Numbered from the stretch's first letter, positions 23,225 through 34,536 are shown. The stretch: 34,537 nucleotides of DNA from Octopus bimaculoides (GCF_001194135.2 NC_068985.1:126421086-126455622); one strand, 5' to 3'. The notes: generated by a model not told the origin, from the sequence alone. Numbers and translations are program-made.

Positions 23225-23460
23225 TCTCACACACACACATAAATTATATATATGCTTAATTTAATACCCACAGTATTTAAACATGAGTTACTATGAGTTT
23301 CATGCTCTGAGAGTACAATAGTCGAACGAGCTTGTTTAGCATGCACAATCGTGCAATTTTTCAGGTTCAAAATAAAATCAAGTGTATGTTAAATGATATT
23401 TATATCTTGTTGGGTGGAGTACTATTTCGTTGATCCCACAAATAACGAAACAGTACACGA

Positions 23461-23484
23461 TAGCTAGCTAGCTAGCTAGAGAGA

Positions 23485-23556
<72 letters not shown>

Positions 23557-23650
23557 TGCATACATACATACATACGCACATACATATATTTTATACACAC
23601 GCACACACACACACACACTACACACAACACACACACACAAACACACATAT
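23461..23650. repeat. Compound microsatellite (TAGC)n-(GATA)n-(GACA)n-(CATA)n-(CA)n
   Basis: Direct reading. Confidence 0.97.
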
Positions 23651-24551
23651 ATAGTATAGTGTTCAGATATCCAGAATCTCTGGAAATATCAACATTCTGA
23701 ATTTTCAATTCATCTATTATTGTTGTTTATTATTAATATTTAATGTAATTCTGTCACAAAAATTAAAAATCAATTTAACGTAATCGGGATTTTCCTTCCT
23801 TGGATAAAAAAAATCCGGTAAATATATTAAACATTATTGAATATTAAAATCTATTATCTAAAAAGCTATTTGAGCGAATGAAAACATTTATTCACTGAAA
23901 ATTATTCGTTAATTTCTCTTTAGATAGCTGAATACAATAAACACAGGGAAATTATTGCTAATTGCTTAAATATGTTAAAATATGTTCCATATTCCATTAA
24001 AAAATATTCGCATTTTGCAAACAAATTCAAGCAATTTAAAAAAGAAAGACATTTGCGCATTTATGTAAATGTGCCGGAAATTTAAGAAATACTACGTTGA
24101 GAAATAAAACTTTCAAGTATAACGTAACAGATGTCTCCTTTGGTTAACGCGTAAATCGACGACCATTGAGACAGCTGCCAATAATTGTGCAGCAGTTTGA
24201 CTAAGTGTGGCGTCGTTATGGATGTCGATGTCGTAGGCAGCGACGGCATGAATTTATTAAGTAAATGAATACATTAGGACAAACTATTTTGGTCAGTTGA
24301 GCTGACCCGCTTACATAACATTTCATTTATTTCTTTTCTCTTTTTTTTTCTTGCTTTACTTTTTTCCTAAATTTTCTGCTGAACTGCTTTATGACAGTAA
24401 AGGTGTCTCTCAGAAATTGAACTCCGAATAATTCTACCACCAATATCAGGATCTCCTGATGAAAATACAATACAGAAATGGAGGTTTATGTACATACATA
24501 CATGTGTACCCACAATCATAAACATACATACATTCACGCACACACACACAC

Positions 24552-24554
<3 letters not shown>

Positions 24555-24604
<50 letters not shown>

Positions 24605-24612
24605 CATACATA
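24555..24612. repeat. (TACA)n microsatellite, 5' flank of R4-like copy 1
   Basis: Direct reading. Confidence 0.97.
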
Positions 24613-25411
24613 AACAACTGATGCAGACTTTGTGGACTTAACACTGAAGATATCATACACATCATAAGCAGAGGTCCGAAAATGTCATCCTGGTATTATC
24701 TACCGATGAGGCATGATGTTGCTAGGACACTCTATAATGAAATCCGTCGGAAGGATTATATCGAGGACACAGAAATAAGAACCCACAATATAGTAGAAGC
24801 CATAGCTACTTATAATAAAAAGGAGTACTGGTGGAATGTCCCAGTGAAGACCTCAATAAAATTTGAGCACAACAAACCTGATATAATGATTTGGGATAAA
24901 GAAGAGAAACTGTGTACAGTTGTGGAAATTAGCTGCCCAGCGGATATTAACATAAAGCTGAAGATCAATGAAAGGAGAATGCCTACGCTGAACTATTGAG
25001 AAATCTGTAGTTACTCCATGCAGACTACAAGTTCAGGTTTATACCTGTAATTATTGGGATTCTGGAATATGTAACACACTTCCTAAATACCAACCTTGAA
25101 AAATTAGGCTTCTCAAAACCAGAAAGGAGAAAGCTAATGCGAAGACTACACATTCAATCCATCACTGGAACTTTAAAAATCTGTAAAACTTTCCAGAAGT
25201 TTATCATTTAAATATATATGAGCTTATCTAGATATGCAACTATATGCATGAGAATACATGCATAAACAAAACATACAGATCTGCACATATACATACATAC
25301 AAAAATACCCAGTTGTTGATGTTGAAATTCCAATGAAGGAGCCTTGGATCTAGGTTAGAAACCGGTTCTTTCTCTATTGGCAGGAAATCTTGAAATAAAA
25401 CTGAATAATGA
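24613..25411 (+). mobile_element. 5'-truncated R4/Dong-like (RLE-type) non-LTR retrotransposon, copy 1: CCHC knuckle, restriction-like endonuclease and 3' UTR
   Basis: Translation gives CRLCGLNTEDIIHIISRG (degenerate CCHC), RHD motif (YYLPMRHDVAR), HNKPDIMIWD...VVEISCPADINI (PD-(D/E)xK-type RLE), and after a frameshift YKFRFIPVIIGILEY...ICKTFQKFII* (stop 25209-25211). The 3' UTR ends CTGAATAATGA, followed by (CATA)n. Confidence 0.85.
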
Positions 25412-25475
25412 CATACATACATACATACATACATACATACATACATACATACATACATACATACATACATACATA
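25411..25475. repeat. (ACAT)16 microsatellite between the two R4-like copies
   Basis: Direct reading. Confidence 0.97.
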
Positions 25476-25931
25476 AAACTGTGTACAGTTGTAGAAATCA
25501 GCTGCCCAGCGAAAAAAAAAAGCCTATGCTGAACTACTGAGGAATCTACAGCTACTCTATCCAGATTACAAATTCAGGTTTATACCTGTAATTATTGGGG
25601 CACTGGGATATGTAACACGTTTCCTAAATACCAAACTTGAGAAATTAGTCTTCTCAAAACCAGAGAGGGGAAAGCTAATTCGAAGACTAAAGATTCAACC
25701 TATCACTGGAACTGTAAACATCTGTAAACCGTTCCAGTTTATCATTTGACTATAGATGAGCGTGTCTAGACATGCAACTATACGCATAAGAATACATACA
25801 TAAAACAAGACATACAAATCTGCAAAAATACCCTGTTGGTGTTGAAATTCCAGTGAAGGGGCCTTGGATCTGGGTTAGAAACCGGTTCTTTCTCTATTGG
25901 CAAGAAATCTTGAAATAAATCTGAATAATGA
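25476..25931 (+). mobile_element. 5'-truncated R4/Dong-like element, copy 2 of the same family
   Basis: Starts AAACTGTGTACAGTTGTAGAAATCAGCTGCCCAGCG, matching copy 1 near 24908. Encodes AYAELLRNLQLLYPDYKFRFIPVIIGALGYV...FQFII*. Same 3' UTR and same CTGAATAATGA end before (TACA)n. Confidence 0.85.
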
Positions 25932-26064
25932 TATACATACATACATACATACATACATACATACATACATACGTACATATATATATGCATACATGCATAC
26001 ACATACATATACATATATACGTATAGATATGTATATATACACACACACATATACACATACATAC

Positions 26065-26106
<42 letters not shown>

Positions 26107-26214
26107 AAATCATCAACGCATACAGGTTTTTAAGAGGCCTTCTTTTAGAACACTCAAAGGAACAGCCGGTTGCATGTGTAGGTGATATTTGTTTACCTTT
26201 TAAGTGGACATAAT

Positions 26215-26330
26215 GATATTAAATGTCTTGACAATGATCACAGCGCAGCGTCGACAGAAAGACACGAACCATCGATCTTTTGACTGCAAGTTCCACATAG
26301 CATTGACCTGATCAGCTACGGATCTTCGTT
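26215..26330 (-). mobile_element. Degraded tRNA-like SINE head
   Basis: TAGCTGATCAGG...GGTTCGTGTC followed by CORE-like TGTGATCATTGTCAAGACATTTAA. Confidence 0.45.
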
Positions 26331-26554
26331 TACATGACAACGAAACTATTTCGACTGTCATCGATTGCTGATACCTTTGCGATTAATGATAAAATAACAA
26401 AGATTCAGGACATTTAATATATTTGTTGCTTGGAAGCCATTCTATTTTATATCCTTATTGTTATAAATAAAACAATAGTTTAAACTTCTTGGTAGCAGGT
26501 GTAAGTGTACGAATTTACAATTGTTGGCTTCATCAGGATTAGGTTTAACATTTC

Positions 26555-26880
26555 ACTTCCCCACTTCTTCATTGCTATGCTTACATATGTCGGTGATCAC
26601 GGACCTCCACGCCCTCTTATCCTATACAACACTTAGTTAGCAAGTTATTAGGCCAGTCTTTCTAAAGCCAGAGGCCATTGAGTATCTTCTCTTTCAGACT
26701 TCCTCGGCTCTTTTTTTTCTTCTTCTCATGTGCTATCCAATGAACTTAGCCCGTTGTTTTTTATGTTGTTAGGAAGCTTCCTAGTTGTCTATGTTCGTAT
26801 AAGTATAAAGGCTTCGATATTTGTCCCTGTCTGCATAAGATACTTTCAGCATTTAGGTAAGGAAACATATTTCATATTAA
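26555..26880 (-). mobile_element. Highly degraded RTE-clade LINE 3' coding end
   Basis: Minus-strand fragments EICFLT*MLKVSYADR, KSRGSLKEKILNGL and DKRAWRSVITDICKHS follow the RTE C-terminal pattern EMW..RRML.ISW..R...KR.RGR.R...DR..WR..I. Confidence 0.55.
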
Positions 26881-28228
26881 TCAGATAAACACTGAGCCAA
26901 CCTAGTCTATCAGTTCAATACGGCAGTAAAGCTATGAGATAGATAAATGATAAACGTAAAGCGATTTTCTTGTGATAAGTTATAAAGGTGATAATGTAAA
27001 ACAGTCCTTCTGAAGTGAACACATTAGATTAGAGGCACATTGTTTAATGTATACTGGAATTTAAAGAGTTAAAGATTTCGTAAGTTCTTATATATGCATA
27101 AGTACACAAATGATAGAAAAGAACTGAAATGAGATGTGATGTCTGTATTTCTGAAGAGTATTATTCGAGTAACTGAATTGGAAATAAAACAGGTTGAAAC
27201 CAAGTATCTGACACGACTAACCACTAGTTTATCTCTTATAATAGGTACGCTATCGTATAATAATTATATGATTATTCCGTAGTTAAGTACAAGGTTAATT
27301 ATTGTAGAGACTGGGTATAGCCAAATGATTCTCGAGTGTTTTTTTGTTGTTTTTTTTGTCCTCCACCCGTTTGGCTCCACATGTCACTCTCACCCAACAC
27401 AATCGTATCATCCAGAAGAACGGTGATGGGTCAGAATACAGCAAAAAGATAATGCATTTATAAAAAGGAACAATAAACCCAACACCAGCTTATCAATGTT
27501 TTCTTTCTTAACATTTCCATAATTCGCAGCAACAAAACTACTCGAGCTCAGAGCATCTTACAAAATGTATAGTTTTAGTAGTGTATTGAGAATTCAGTAA
27601 TTAGGCAATTTTAAAAAATGGCTTTGGAANNNNNNNNNNNNNNNNNNNNNNNNNNNNNNNNNNNNNNNNNNNNNNNNNNNNNNNNNNNNNNNNNNNNNNN
27701 NNNNNNNNNNNNNNNNNNNNNNNNNNNNNNNNNNNNNNNNNNNNNNNNNNNNNNNNNNNNNNNNNNNNNNNNNNNNNNNNNNNNNNNNNNNNNNNNNNNN
27801 NNNNNNNNNNNNNNNNNNNNNNNNNNNNNNNNNNNNNNNNNNNNNNNNNNNNNNNNNNNNNNNNNNNNNNNNNNNNNNNNNNNNNNNNNNNNNNNNNNNN
27901 NNNNNNNNNNNNNNNNNNNNNNNNNNNNNNNNNNNNNNNNNNNNNNNNNNNNNNNNNNNNNNNNNNNNNNNNNNNNNNNNNNNNNNNNNNNNNNNNNNNN
28001 NNNNNNNNNNNNNNNNNNNNNNNNNNNNNNNNNNNNNNNNNNNNNNNNNNNNNNNNNNNNNNNNNNNNNNNNNNNNNNNNNNNNNNNNNNNNNNNNNNNN
28101 NNNNNNNNNNNNNNNNNNNNNNNNNNNNNNNNNNNNNNNNNNNNNNNNNNNNNNNNNNNNNNNNNNNNNNNNNNNNNNNNNNNNNNNNNNNNNNNNNNNN
28201 NNNNNNNNNNNNNNNNNNNNNNNNNNNN

Positions 28229-28282
<54 letters not shown>

Positions 28283-28799
28283 CTATATCCGATTTTATGA
28301 TATTGTATGGATGAAAGATAAATTTCCCCTGGACAGAATACCAGTCTATTCTCTGATAATTTAGTAGCACATTTGATTAGACAATTAGTTAACTTGTACT
28401 ATGTAGAATAATAGTACTATGTAGAATAATAGAATAATGTCTTCTGTCCTGAAACACAACAAAACGTTTGCAGAAGTTTCGAACCCACATCCTAGGAGCT
28501 AGCCGTCTAATACTGCCTTATCCACCCAGACATTTCCCTGCCACATTAATATCAGTTACAGCATTTGGTTACAACTTCATTAACTAAGGCTGTCACTTAA
28601 AAAGAATTGATCCCCTCTAGGTCTGCGTCGCCTAGGTACACAACGACGATGATAATAAATATTCAAATGAATTGTATGAATTATCTACAATTAAACTTTT
28701 CTAGCAGCAATCTAAGACTCCTGTGGATAAAGAGATGACATCAACACAGATGTTGTGTAATAAAGCAAACGTATTGATACTTCACAATTAAATGTCAAT

Positions 28800-29000
28800 T
28801 TAAATGAAGCAGATGTGCAGGCGGACCTGACTCTACGAAAATCTAACAAATGGTTCTAAACGATATAGAACTAAGTAGCCTTGGCTGTCTATGGACATGA
28901 AAACTTCCAACTTCTCTGATGGTTCTGTCGAAGAAATAGATGTGTTCTGCTATCTATTTGACGAGTTAAGAGAGCGTTCTCGACCGGCTAGAAATAGCAA
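28800..29000 (+). mobile_element. Possible degraded RTE RT fragment
   Basis: RCAG...GSVEEIDVFCYL resembles the RTE LEVVD.F.YLG motif. Short and very diverged. Confidence 0.35.
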
Positions 29001-29469
29001 CCATATCTCTCTAAAATCAAATCCTATCATCTTAAAAGATGATATGGTTCTAGGTGTAGTAAGGGAAAAAAGCAAAATTATTAACCATTGACTAATAATA
29101 TTTTAAGGATTTCTACAAATAACGAAAACACATTTTGATCTTACTATGGCCCCATCAGTGAAACGTAGACTTCACCGGCCGAAATATTGATAAGTAATAA
29201 GAATGTTCGTTGGTTGCTGTAGAAAATTAGAATTACACGTACAATAAATCTGATAAACTGTGTAAAAAATTCTAGTCCTGATCGCTTTTTTAATACATTT
29301 TGTAGCCAACCATAATGGTTGGCTTGATTAGTTTCTGTTAGATTATCAGGAATTGTACTATGTGTTCTGAGGCGAAAGGCCGAAGGTCAGCTTTGAAAGC
29401 TGAGACCGAAGACCTACTGATAGCAGTGCAAAATTAGTGCCTGTCCACCAATATTTCTTTATTGGCATT

Positions 29470-29645
29470 ATTAAAATGCGTTCATCCAGTCCTTTACGTT
29501 CCGAGTTCAACTTCTGCCAAGGTCGATTTTGCCTTTCATCCTTTCGGGGTCGATAAAATAGGTATTGGTTAAGCACCGGGGTCGATATAATTGACTTACC
29601 TCTTCGCTGAAATTGCTGACCTTGTGCTACCAAAATTTGAAACAA
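29470..29645 (+). mobile_element. SINE family A
   Basis: GAGTTCAACTTCTGCCAAGGTCGATTTTGCCTTTCATCCTTTCGGGGTCGATAAAATAGG...CCTTGTGC..CCAAAATTTGAAAC. Confidence 0.85.
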
Positions 29646-29756
29646 TTATAACAATGTGTTCTCGGATGATTGTGAAATATAGCAAAGTCACAAAGAAAAA
29701 ATACAATCGATCATGTAGATTCAGATACACAAAAGGTGTATATACACACACACAAA

Positions 29757-29932
29757 GAGGCGTGGTTGTGTGGTAAGAAGTTTGCTTCTCAACCACATGG
29801 TCTCGGGTTCAGTACCGTTGCGTGGCACCTTAGGCGAGTATCTTCTACTATAGCTTCGGGCCGACTAAAGCCTTGTGAGTGTATTTGGTTGACGGAAACT
29901 AAAAGAAGCCCGTCGTATGTATGTGTGTGTGT
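29757..29932 (+). mobile_element. SINE family B, 5' half
   Basis: GAGGCGTGGTTGTGTGGTAAGAAG...CTATAGCTTCGGGCCG...GACGGAAACTAAAAGAAGCCCGTCGT(ATGT)(GT)n. Confidence 0.85.
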
Positions 29933-29940
29933 TTAGACAC

Positions 29941-31068
29941 CATTCCCTCTAACCAGCTCCCGAAGAAATTCTTTAGACTCAGGTTATACACCGAAACAGC
30001 TCTTATCCCAGTCTGTTCTTCCGGTATTCAAACAGAGAAACAGATCCCTCGCGGTCAACTATCGCCCAATCTCACTCACCTCCCATATCATTAAAGTGTT
30101 TGAAAGGGTGGGGTGATGAGATCCTAAATTCAAAGCAGCATGGCTTTCGCTGCGGCAGGGACTGTCTAACCCAGCTCTTACACTACATCGATGATATCCT
30201 TAAAACCTTGGGTTCAGGTTCAAACTCTGATGTCGTATCTTGACTTAAGTAAAGCGTTCGACAGAGTCGTCCATAATATCCTACTGTCAAAATTGTCAAA
30301 TGTTGGAATCCGTGGAGAACTACTACACTGGATCGAGTATTTCCTGGAGAACAGAACACAACATACTGTGATCGGTGGAATCCACTCAATCCCAGCAAAA
30401 GTCATCAGTGGTGTCCCTCAGGGGACTGTCTAGGGCCCGCTTCTCTTTATAGTCTATATAAACGATCTTTCCAGCGTCATAAAACACAGCAAAGGGAAAT
30501 ATTCGCTGATGACTCTAAGCTCCAGAAAATTATCAATGAAGCAGAAGAAGGAACTGAACTCCGGTCTGATCTCCATGCCGTAAGTCAAGGGGCAGGCAAA
30601 AGAAAATGCAACTAAACGAGGGAAGATTTGAGCTGATGCATTTTGGAAGAAAGACTATGCTAAAACAGCCATACACGCTTCCTTCAGAGGAACCGCTCGT
30701 GGTAGCGAACAATATCAGAGACCTGGGTGTAATTGTTGATAACAATCTCAGCTGAAGCGCCCACATCAACAATATAGCTCGTAGGAAGAGCTCCTGAATC
30801 ATAAGAACCGTCCGGTCCAGAGAACAAGGTGTCATCATTCCTCTTTTCTCCTCCTTTGTACGGCCACACCTCGAATACTGCTGCCCCTGTGGTCTCCCCA
30901 TACAAAACAAAGCATTTCGAAAACTGAATCACCCCAGAGGTCATACACTAAAAGAATTAAGGGCATGACTGATCTCGATTATTGGGACCGCCTTAAAGCA
31001 TTGAAACTCTATTCTTTCCAGCGCCGCCGTGAGTGATACATCATTTGCACGATGTGGAGAATATACTT
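29941..31068 (+). mobile_element. CR1/L2-group LINE reverse transcriptase pseudogene fragment (runs into a gap)
   Basis: Motifs NYRPISLTSHIIKVFERV, KQHGFRCGRDCLTQLL, YLDLSKAFDRV, SGVPQGTV*GPLLF, IFADDSKL, RDLGVIVDNNLS, VRPHLEYC, YWDRLKALKLYSFQRRRE, with stops and frameshifts. Confidence 0.92.
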
Positions 31069-31865
31069 NNNNNNNNNNNNNNNNNNNNNNNNNNNNNNNN
31101 NNNNNNNNNNNNNNNNNNNNNNNNNNNNNNNNNNNNNNNNNNNNNNNNNNNNNNNNNNNNNNNNNNNNNNNNNNNNNNNNNNNNNNNNNNNNNNNNNNNN
31201 NNNNNNNNNNNNNNNNNNNNNNNNNNNNNNNNNNNNNNNNNNNNNNNNNNNNNNNNNNNNNNNNNNNNNNNNNNNNNNNNNNNNNNNNNNNNNNNNNNNN
31301 NNNNNNNNNNNNNNNNNNNNNNNNNNNNNNNNNNNNNNNNNNNNNNNNNNNNNNNNNNNNNNNNNNNNNNNNNNNNNNNNNNNNNNNNNNNNNNNNNNNN
31401 NNNNNNNNNNNNNNNNNNNNNNNNNNNNNNNNNNNNNNNNNNNNNNNNNNNNNNNNNNNNNNNNNNNNNNNNNNNNNNNNNNNNNNNNNNNNNNNNNNNN
31501 NNNNNNNNNNNNNNNNNNNNNNNNNNNNNNNNNNNNNNNNNNNNNNNNNNNNNNNNNNNNNNNNNNNNNNNNNNNNNNNNNNNNNNNNNNNNNNNNNNNN
31601 NNNNNNNNNNNNNNNNNNNNNNNNNNNNNNNNNNNNNNNNNNNNNNNNNNNNNNNNNNNNNNNNNNNNNNNNNNNNNNNNNNNNNNNNNNNNNNNNNNNN
31701 NNNNNNNNNNNNNNNNNNNNNNNNNNNNNNNNNNNNNNNNNNNNNNNNNNNNNNNNNNNNNNNNNNNNNNNNNNNNNNNGACACAGCGAAAATATATTGC
31801 TCAAACTACACAACAATGAAGACAACAGAATAGCTGGGACATGTACATATATTACACACGACAAC

Positions 31866-31904
<39 letters not shown>

Positions 31905-31929
<25 letters not shown>

Positions 31930-32101
31930 GAGTGTGTATGTGTCTGTGTTTGTCCCCCTATCGTCGCTTGACAACCGATGTTGGTGTATTTACGTCCCTG
32001 TAACTTAGCGGTTTAGCAAAAGAGGCCGATAGAATAAGTACTGGGCTTACAAAGAATATTCGATTCGTTCGACTAAAAACCTTTTAAGGTGGTGCTCCAG
32101 C

Positions 32102-32103
<2 letters not shown>
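31905..32103 (+). mobile_element. SINE family B, 3' half (tail cut at CCAGCAT)
   Basis: (TG)n TTTGTCCCCC...CGCTTGACAACCGATGTTGGTG...AGAATAAGTACTGGGCTTACAAAG...GGTGGTGCTCCAGCAT. Confidence 0.85.
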
Positions 32104-32132
<29 letters not shown>

Positions 32133-32184
32133 TACACATATGCATATAAATATACATACATGCATACTATATAAAAAAACATTA

Positions 32185-32281
32185 TTTTACTCCTTTACTT
32201 GTTTCAGTCGTTTGACTGCAACCATGCTGGAGCACCACCTTAAAAGGTTTTTAGTCGAACGAATCGAATATTCTTTGTAAG
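32185..32281 (-). mobile_element. SINE family B 3' terminus, inverted copy
   Basis: Minus strand CTTACAAAG...GGTGGTGCTCCAGCATGGTTGCAGTCAAACGACTGAAACAAGTAAAGGAG. Confidence 0.85.
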
Positions 32282-32282
32282 T

Positions 32283-32578
32283 GTGTACAACATTGGTCTC
32301 TGGATCAAGTTTCATATCCATGGACAGTTCTCTCACGGATGTTGTTGGGTCTTTCGAACATTTGGCTTTGAAAGACTTAAGAAATGCATTATCCCGTTTT
32401 TTATTTATGTCTCCACTTCCTTGCTTTCTCTTGATGCCTTCAATATCCAGCATTCGGTTCTTAACGTTGTATAACAGTGCTCACAGAGGCCCCCAATAGT
32501 CTGAGCAATACGTCTAATTGCAACCCCGGCACGAAGCAAATCTGCAATGTGTTGTCTCTTGGCTTCTTAAGTGAACAT
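32283..32578 (-). mobile_element. Tc1/mariner-superfamily transposase 5' fragment (N-terminal HTH region), with stop and frameshift
   Basis: Translation MFT*EAKRQHIADLLRAGVAIRRIAQTIG/ASVSTVYNVKNRMLDIEGIKRKQGSGDINKKRDNAFLKSFKAKCSKDPTTSVRELSMDMKLDPET. It has the HTH plus RK.GSG linker and P..S.R.L(A) second-HTH pattern. Interrupted at about 32282 by a SINE fragment. Confidence 0.75.
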
Positions 32579-33076
32579 GTTAGATCGTATGACTNNNNNN
32601 NNNNNNNNNNNNNNNNNNNNNNNNNNNNNNNNNNNNNNNNNNNNNNNNNNNNNNNNNNNNNNNNNNNNNNNNNNNNNNNNNNNNNNNNNNNNNNNNNNNN
32701 NNNNNNNNNNNNNNNNNNNNNNNNNNNNNNNNNNNNNNNNNNNNNNNNNNNNNNNNNNNNNNNNNNNNNNNNNNNNNNNNNNNNNNNNNNNNNNNNNNNN
32801 NNNNNNNNNNNNNNNNNNNNNNNNNNNNNNNNNNNNNNNNNNNNNNNNNNNNNNNNNNNNNNNNNNNNNNNNNNNNNNNNNNNNNNNNNNNNNNNNNNNN
32901 NNNNNNNNNNNNNNNNNNNNNNNNNNNNNNNNNNNNNNNNNNNNNNNNNNNNNNNNNNNNNNNNNNNNNNNNNNNNNNNNNNNNNNNNNNNNNNNNNNNN
33001 NNNNNNNNNNNNNNNNNNNNNNNNNNNNNNNNNNNNNNNNNNNNNNNNNNNNNNNNNNNNNNNNNNNNNNNNNNNN

Positions 33077-33117
<41 letters not shown>

Positions 33118-33519
33118 TATATTTATATATTATAATTGTATACATAATTATAACAAGGGCTTGGCTTGCGTCTCACCACGCACTGAAGAATAGACGTCAA
33201 AAGACACTATTGCCACCATAAATTCTCTGAGAAAAGCACACTACATATAGGCTAGTAGAAGAAAGAAAATGAATTACAAACTTTGGTTAACCGCGTGCAT
33301 GATAGTGTTTCGGGCTTAAAGTAATAAAAAACATTACCTTTTTGCTTTCATCAGCGACGGTATACCCAGGCATATAAATACGAGTGGCTACGTGTATGCA
33401 AGCGAGCTGCGCCATCGCTTATCTTATACCCGTTGAGACTCGCAGATATATGCTGCGAAGTAGAATTCATATCCTTCTCTCAAATATTAATTATAATAAT
33501 AATAAAGGGTAAAATCATA

Positions 33520-33752
33520 AATGATTTTTTCCAAGTGGTCAGCGCGGAAATAACACCTCGTAGTATTTATGGTGGCAATAATAACACCTCGGAGAATTTA
33601 TGGTGGCAATAGTGTCTTTTGACGTCTGTTTTTCACTGCATGGTGAGGCGCAAGCCAAGCCCTTGTTATAATTATGTATATAATTATAAAATATTCATAT
33701 TAATTTACCTAGGAGGTGTTATTTCCGCGCTGACCACTTGGTAAAAATCATT
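33520..33752. mobile_element. MITE-like unit with 44-bp terminal inverted repeats
   Basis: 33520-33563 AATGATTTTTTCCAAGTGGTCAGCGCGGAAATAACACCTCGTAG is the reverse complement of 33709-33752 with 2 mismatches. Confidence 0.55.
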
Positions 33753-34140
33753 GGTAAAAATATATGCACATTCGCGGATTCCCTTGACTCTCTGACACCA
33801 TCCAATTCGATTATTATGAATTTGAATTGGTTGGAAGCTTGAATTATAGTGAATTTCTCATTAGCTGGTTACACAACAATGGACGCCGCCCCTATGGATG
33901 CGTTACACTCACTCTCCTGATAGAGATTGGTGATCCTGACCGTTGATCTTCCAGGCTTCCACCGCTCACCGTCAATGTAAGTTACACTGTTGGCTCAGTT
34001 GAGCTCTTCTGCTTCCACTTCACAATTTCCCTGACAGGGTGGTTGAACGGGTGCTATAACTTGCTAAAGGATAGCACGTAACTATGCAGGGCACGGTCAT
34101 CCCTCGTGACGTATTTTCAAAATACCTCCTTACCCTCTAT

Positions 34141-34536
34141 ATGTATATAGAGGCCAGGATGATGCAAGCAGGGCAGGAGAGACATTTAAGGAAAAAGGTG
34201 AAGACTGAGAAGGTGAATGACAAGGACCTTTTTGTGTGCACAGTCTGTGACAGACCATGTCTGTCCTTGGCTGGCCTCAAATCTCACCTGCGAACCCATG
34301 GAAAACAAACCTCACCCAGCTATTCTGATTATATGTCTGTGCACACGTTTGAATGTGGTGTGTGCCAGAGGGTTTGCAAATCCAATGGGGGTCTTAAAAG
34401 ACATGTTAGGATCCACAATGAGCAGAACTTACTTGCAGGTATTGGTAGTGCAAATCAGAGGTGCAATCTGTGTGGGTGTTTTTTCAAAACACTGTCTGGT
34501 TTAAAAAGCCACATCAGACGCCATGAAAGGGCTAAG
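34141..34536 (+). CDS. Open frame (runs off window end) with three C2H2 zinc fingers; probably the C-terminus of a 5'-truncated RTE-clade LINE ORF, alternatively an exon of a host ZNF gene
   Basis: Manual translation has no stop: MYIEARMMQAGQERHLRKKVKTEKVNDKDLFV-CTVCDRPCLSLAGLKSHLRTH-GKQTSPSYSDYMSVHTFE-CGVCQRVCKSNGGLKRHVRIH-NEQNLLAGIGSANQR-CNLCGCFFKTLSGLKSHIRRH-ERAK. All three fingers fit C-x2-C-x12-H-x3-H. Linkers are long and not TGEKP. The E-x-R...R..RK helix before finger 1 and the GLxSH motif resemble RTE/BovB C-termini. Confidence 0.8.
   Translation, partial: MYIEARMMQAGQERHLRKKVKTEKVNDKDLFVCTVCDRPCLSLAGLKSHLRTHGKQTSPSYSDYMSVHTFECGVCQRVCKSNGGLKRHVRIHNEQNLLAGIGSANQRCNLCGCFFKTLSGLKSHIRRHERAK

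Noticed and set aside
24445-24485. CTCCTGATGA...GAAATGGAG as a hammerhead (also the CTGATGA at about 26530, minus strand)
   Set aside because: No pairing stem II and no stem III or UH triplet.
27594-33193. Long ORFs in the track (248-307 aa) and similar ones at 12986-13870 and 19419-19961
   Set aside because: They are mostly X residues from N gaps; the length is an artefact.
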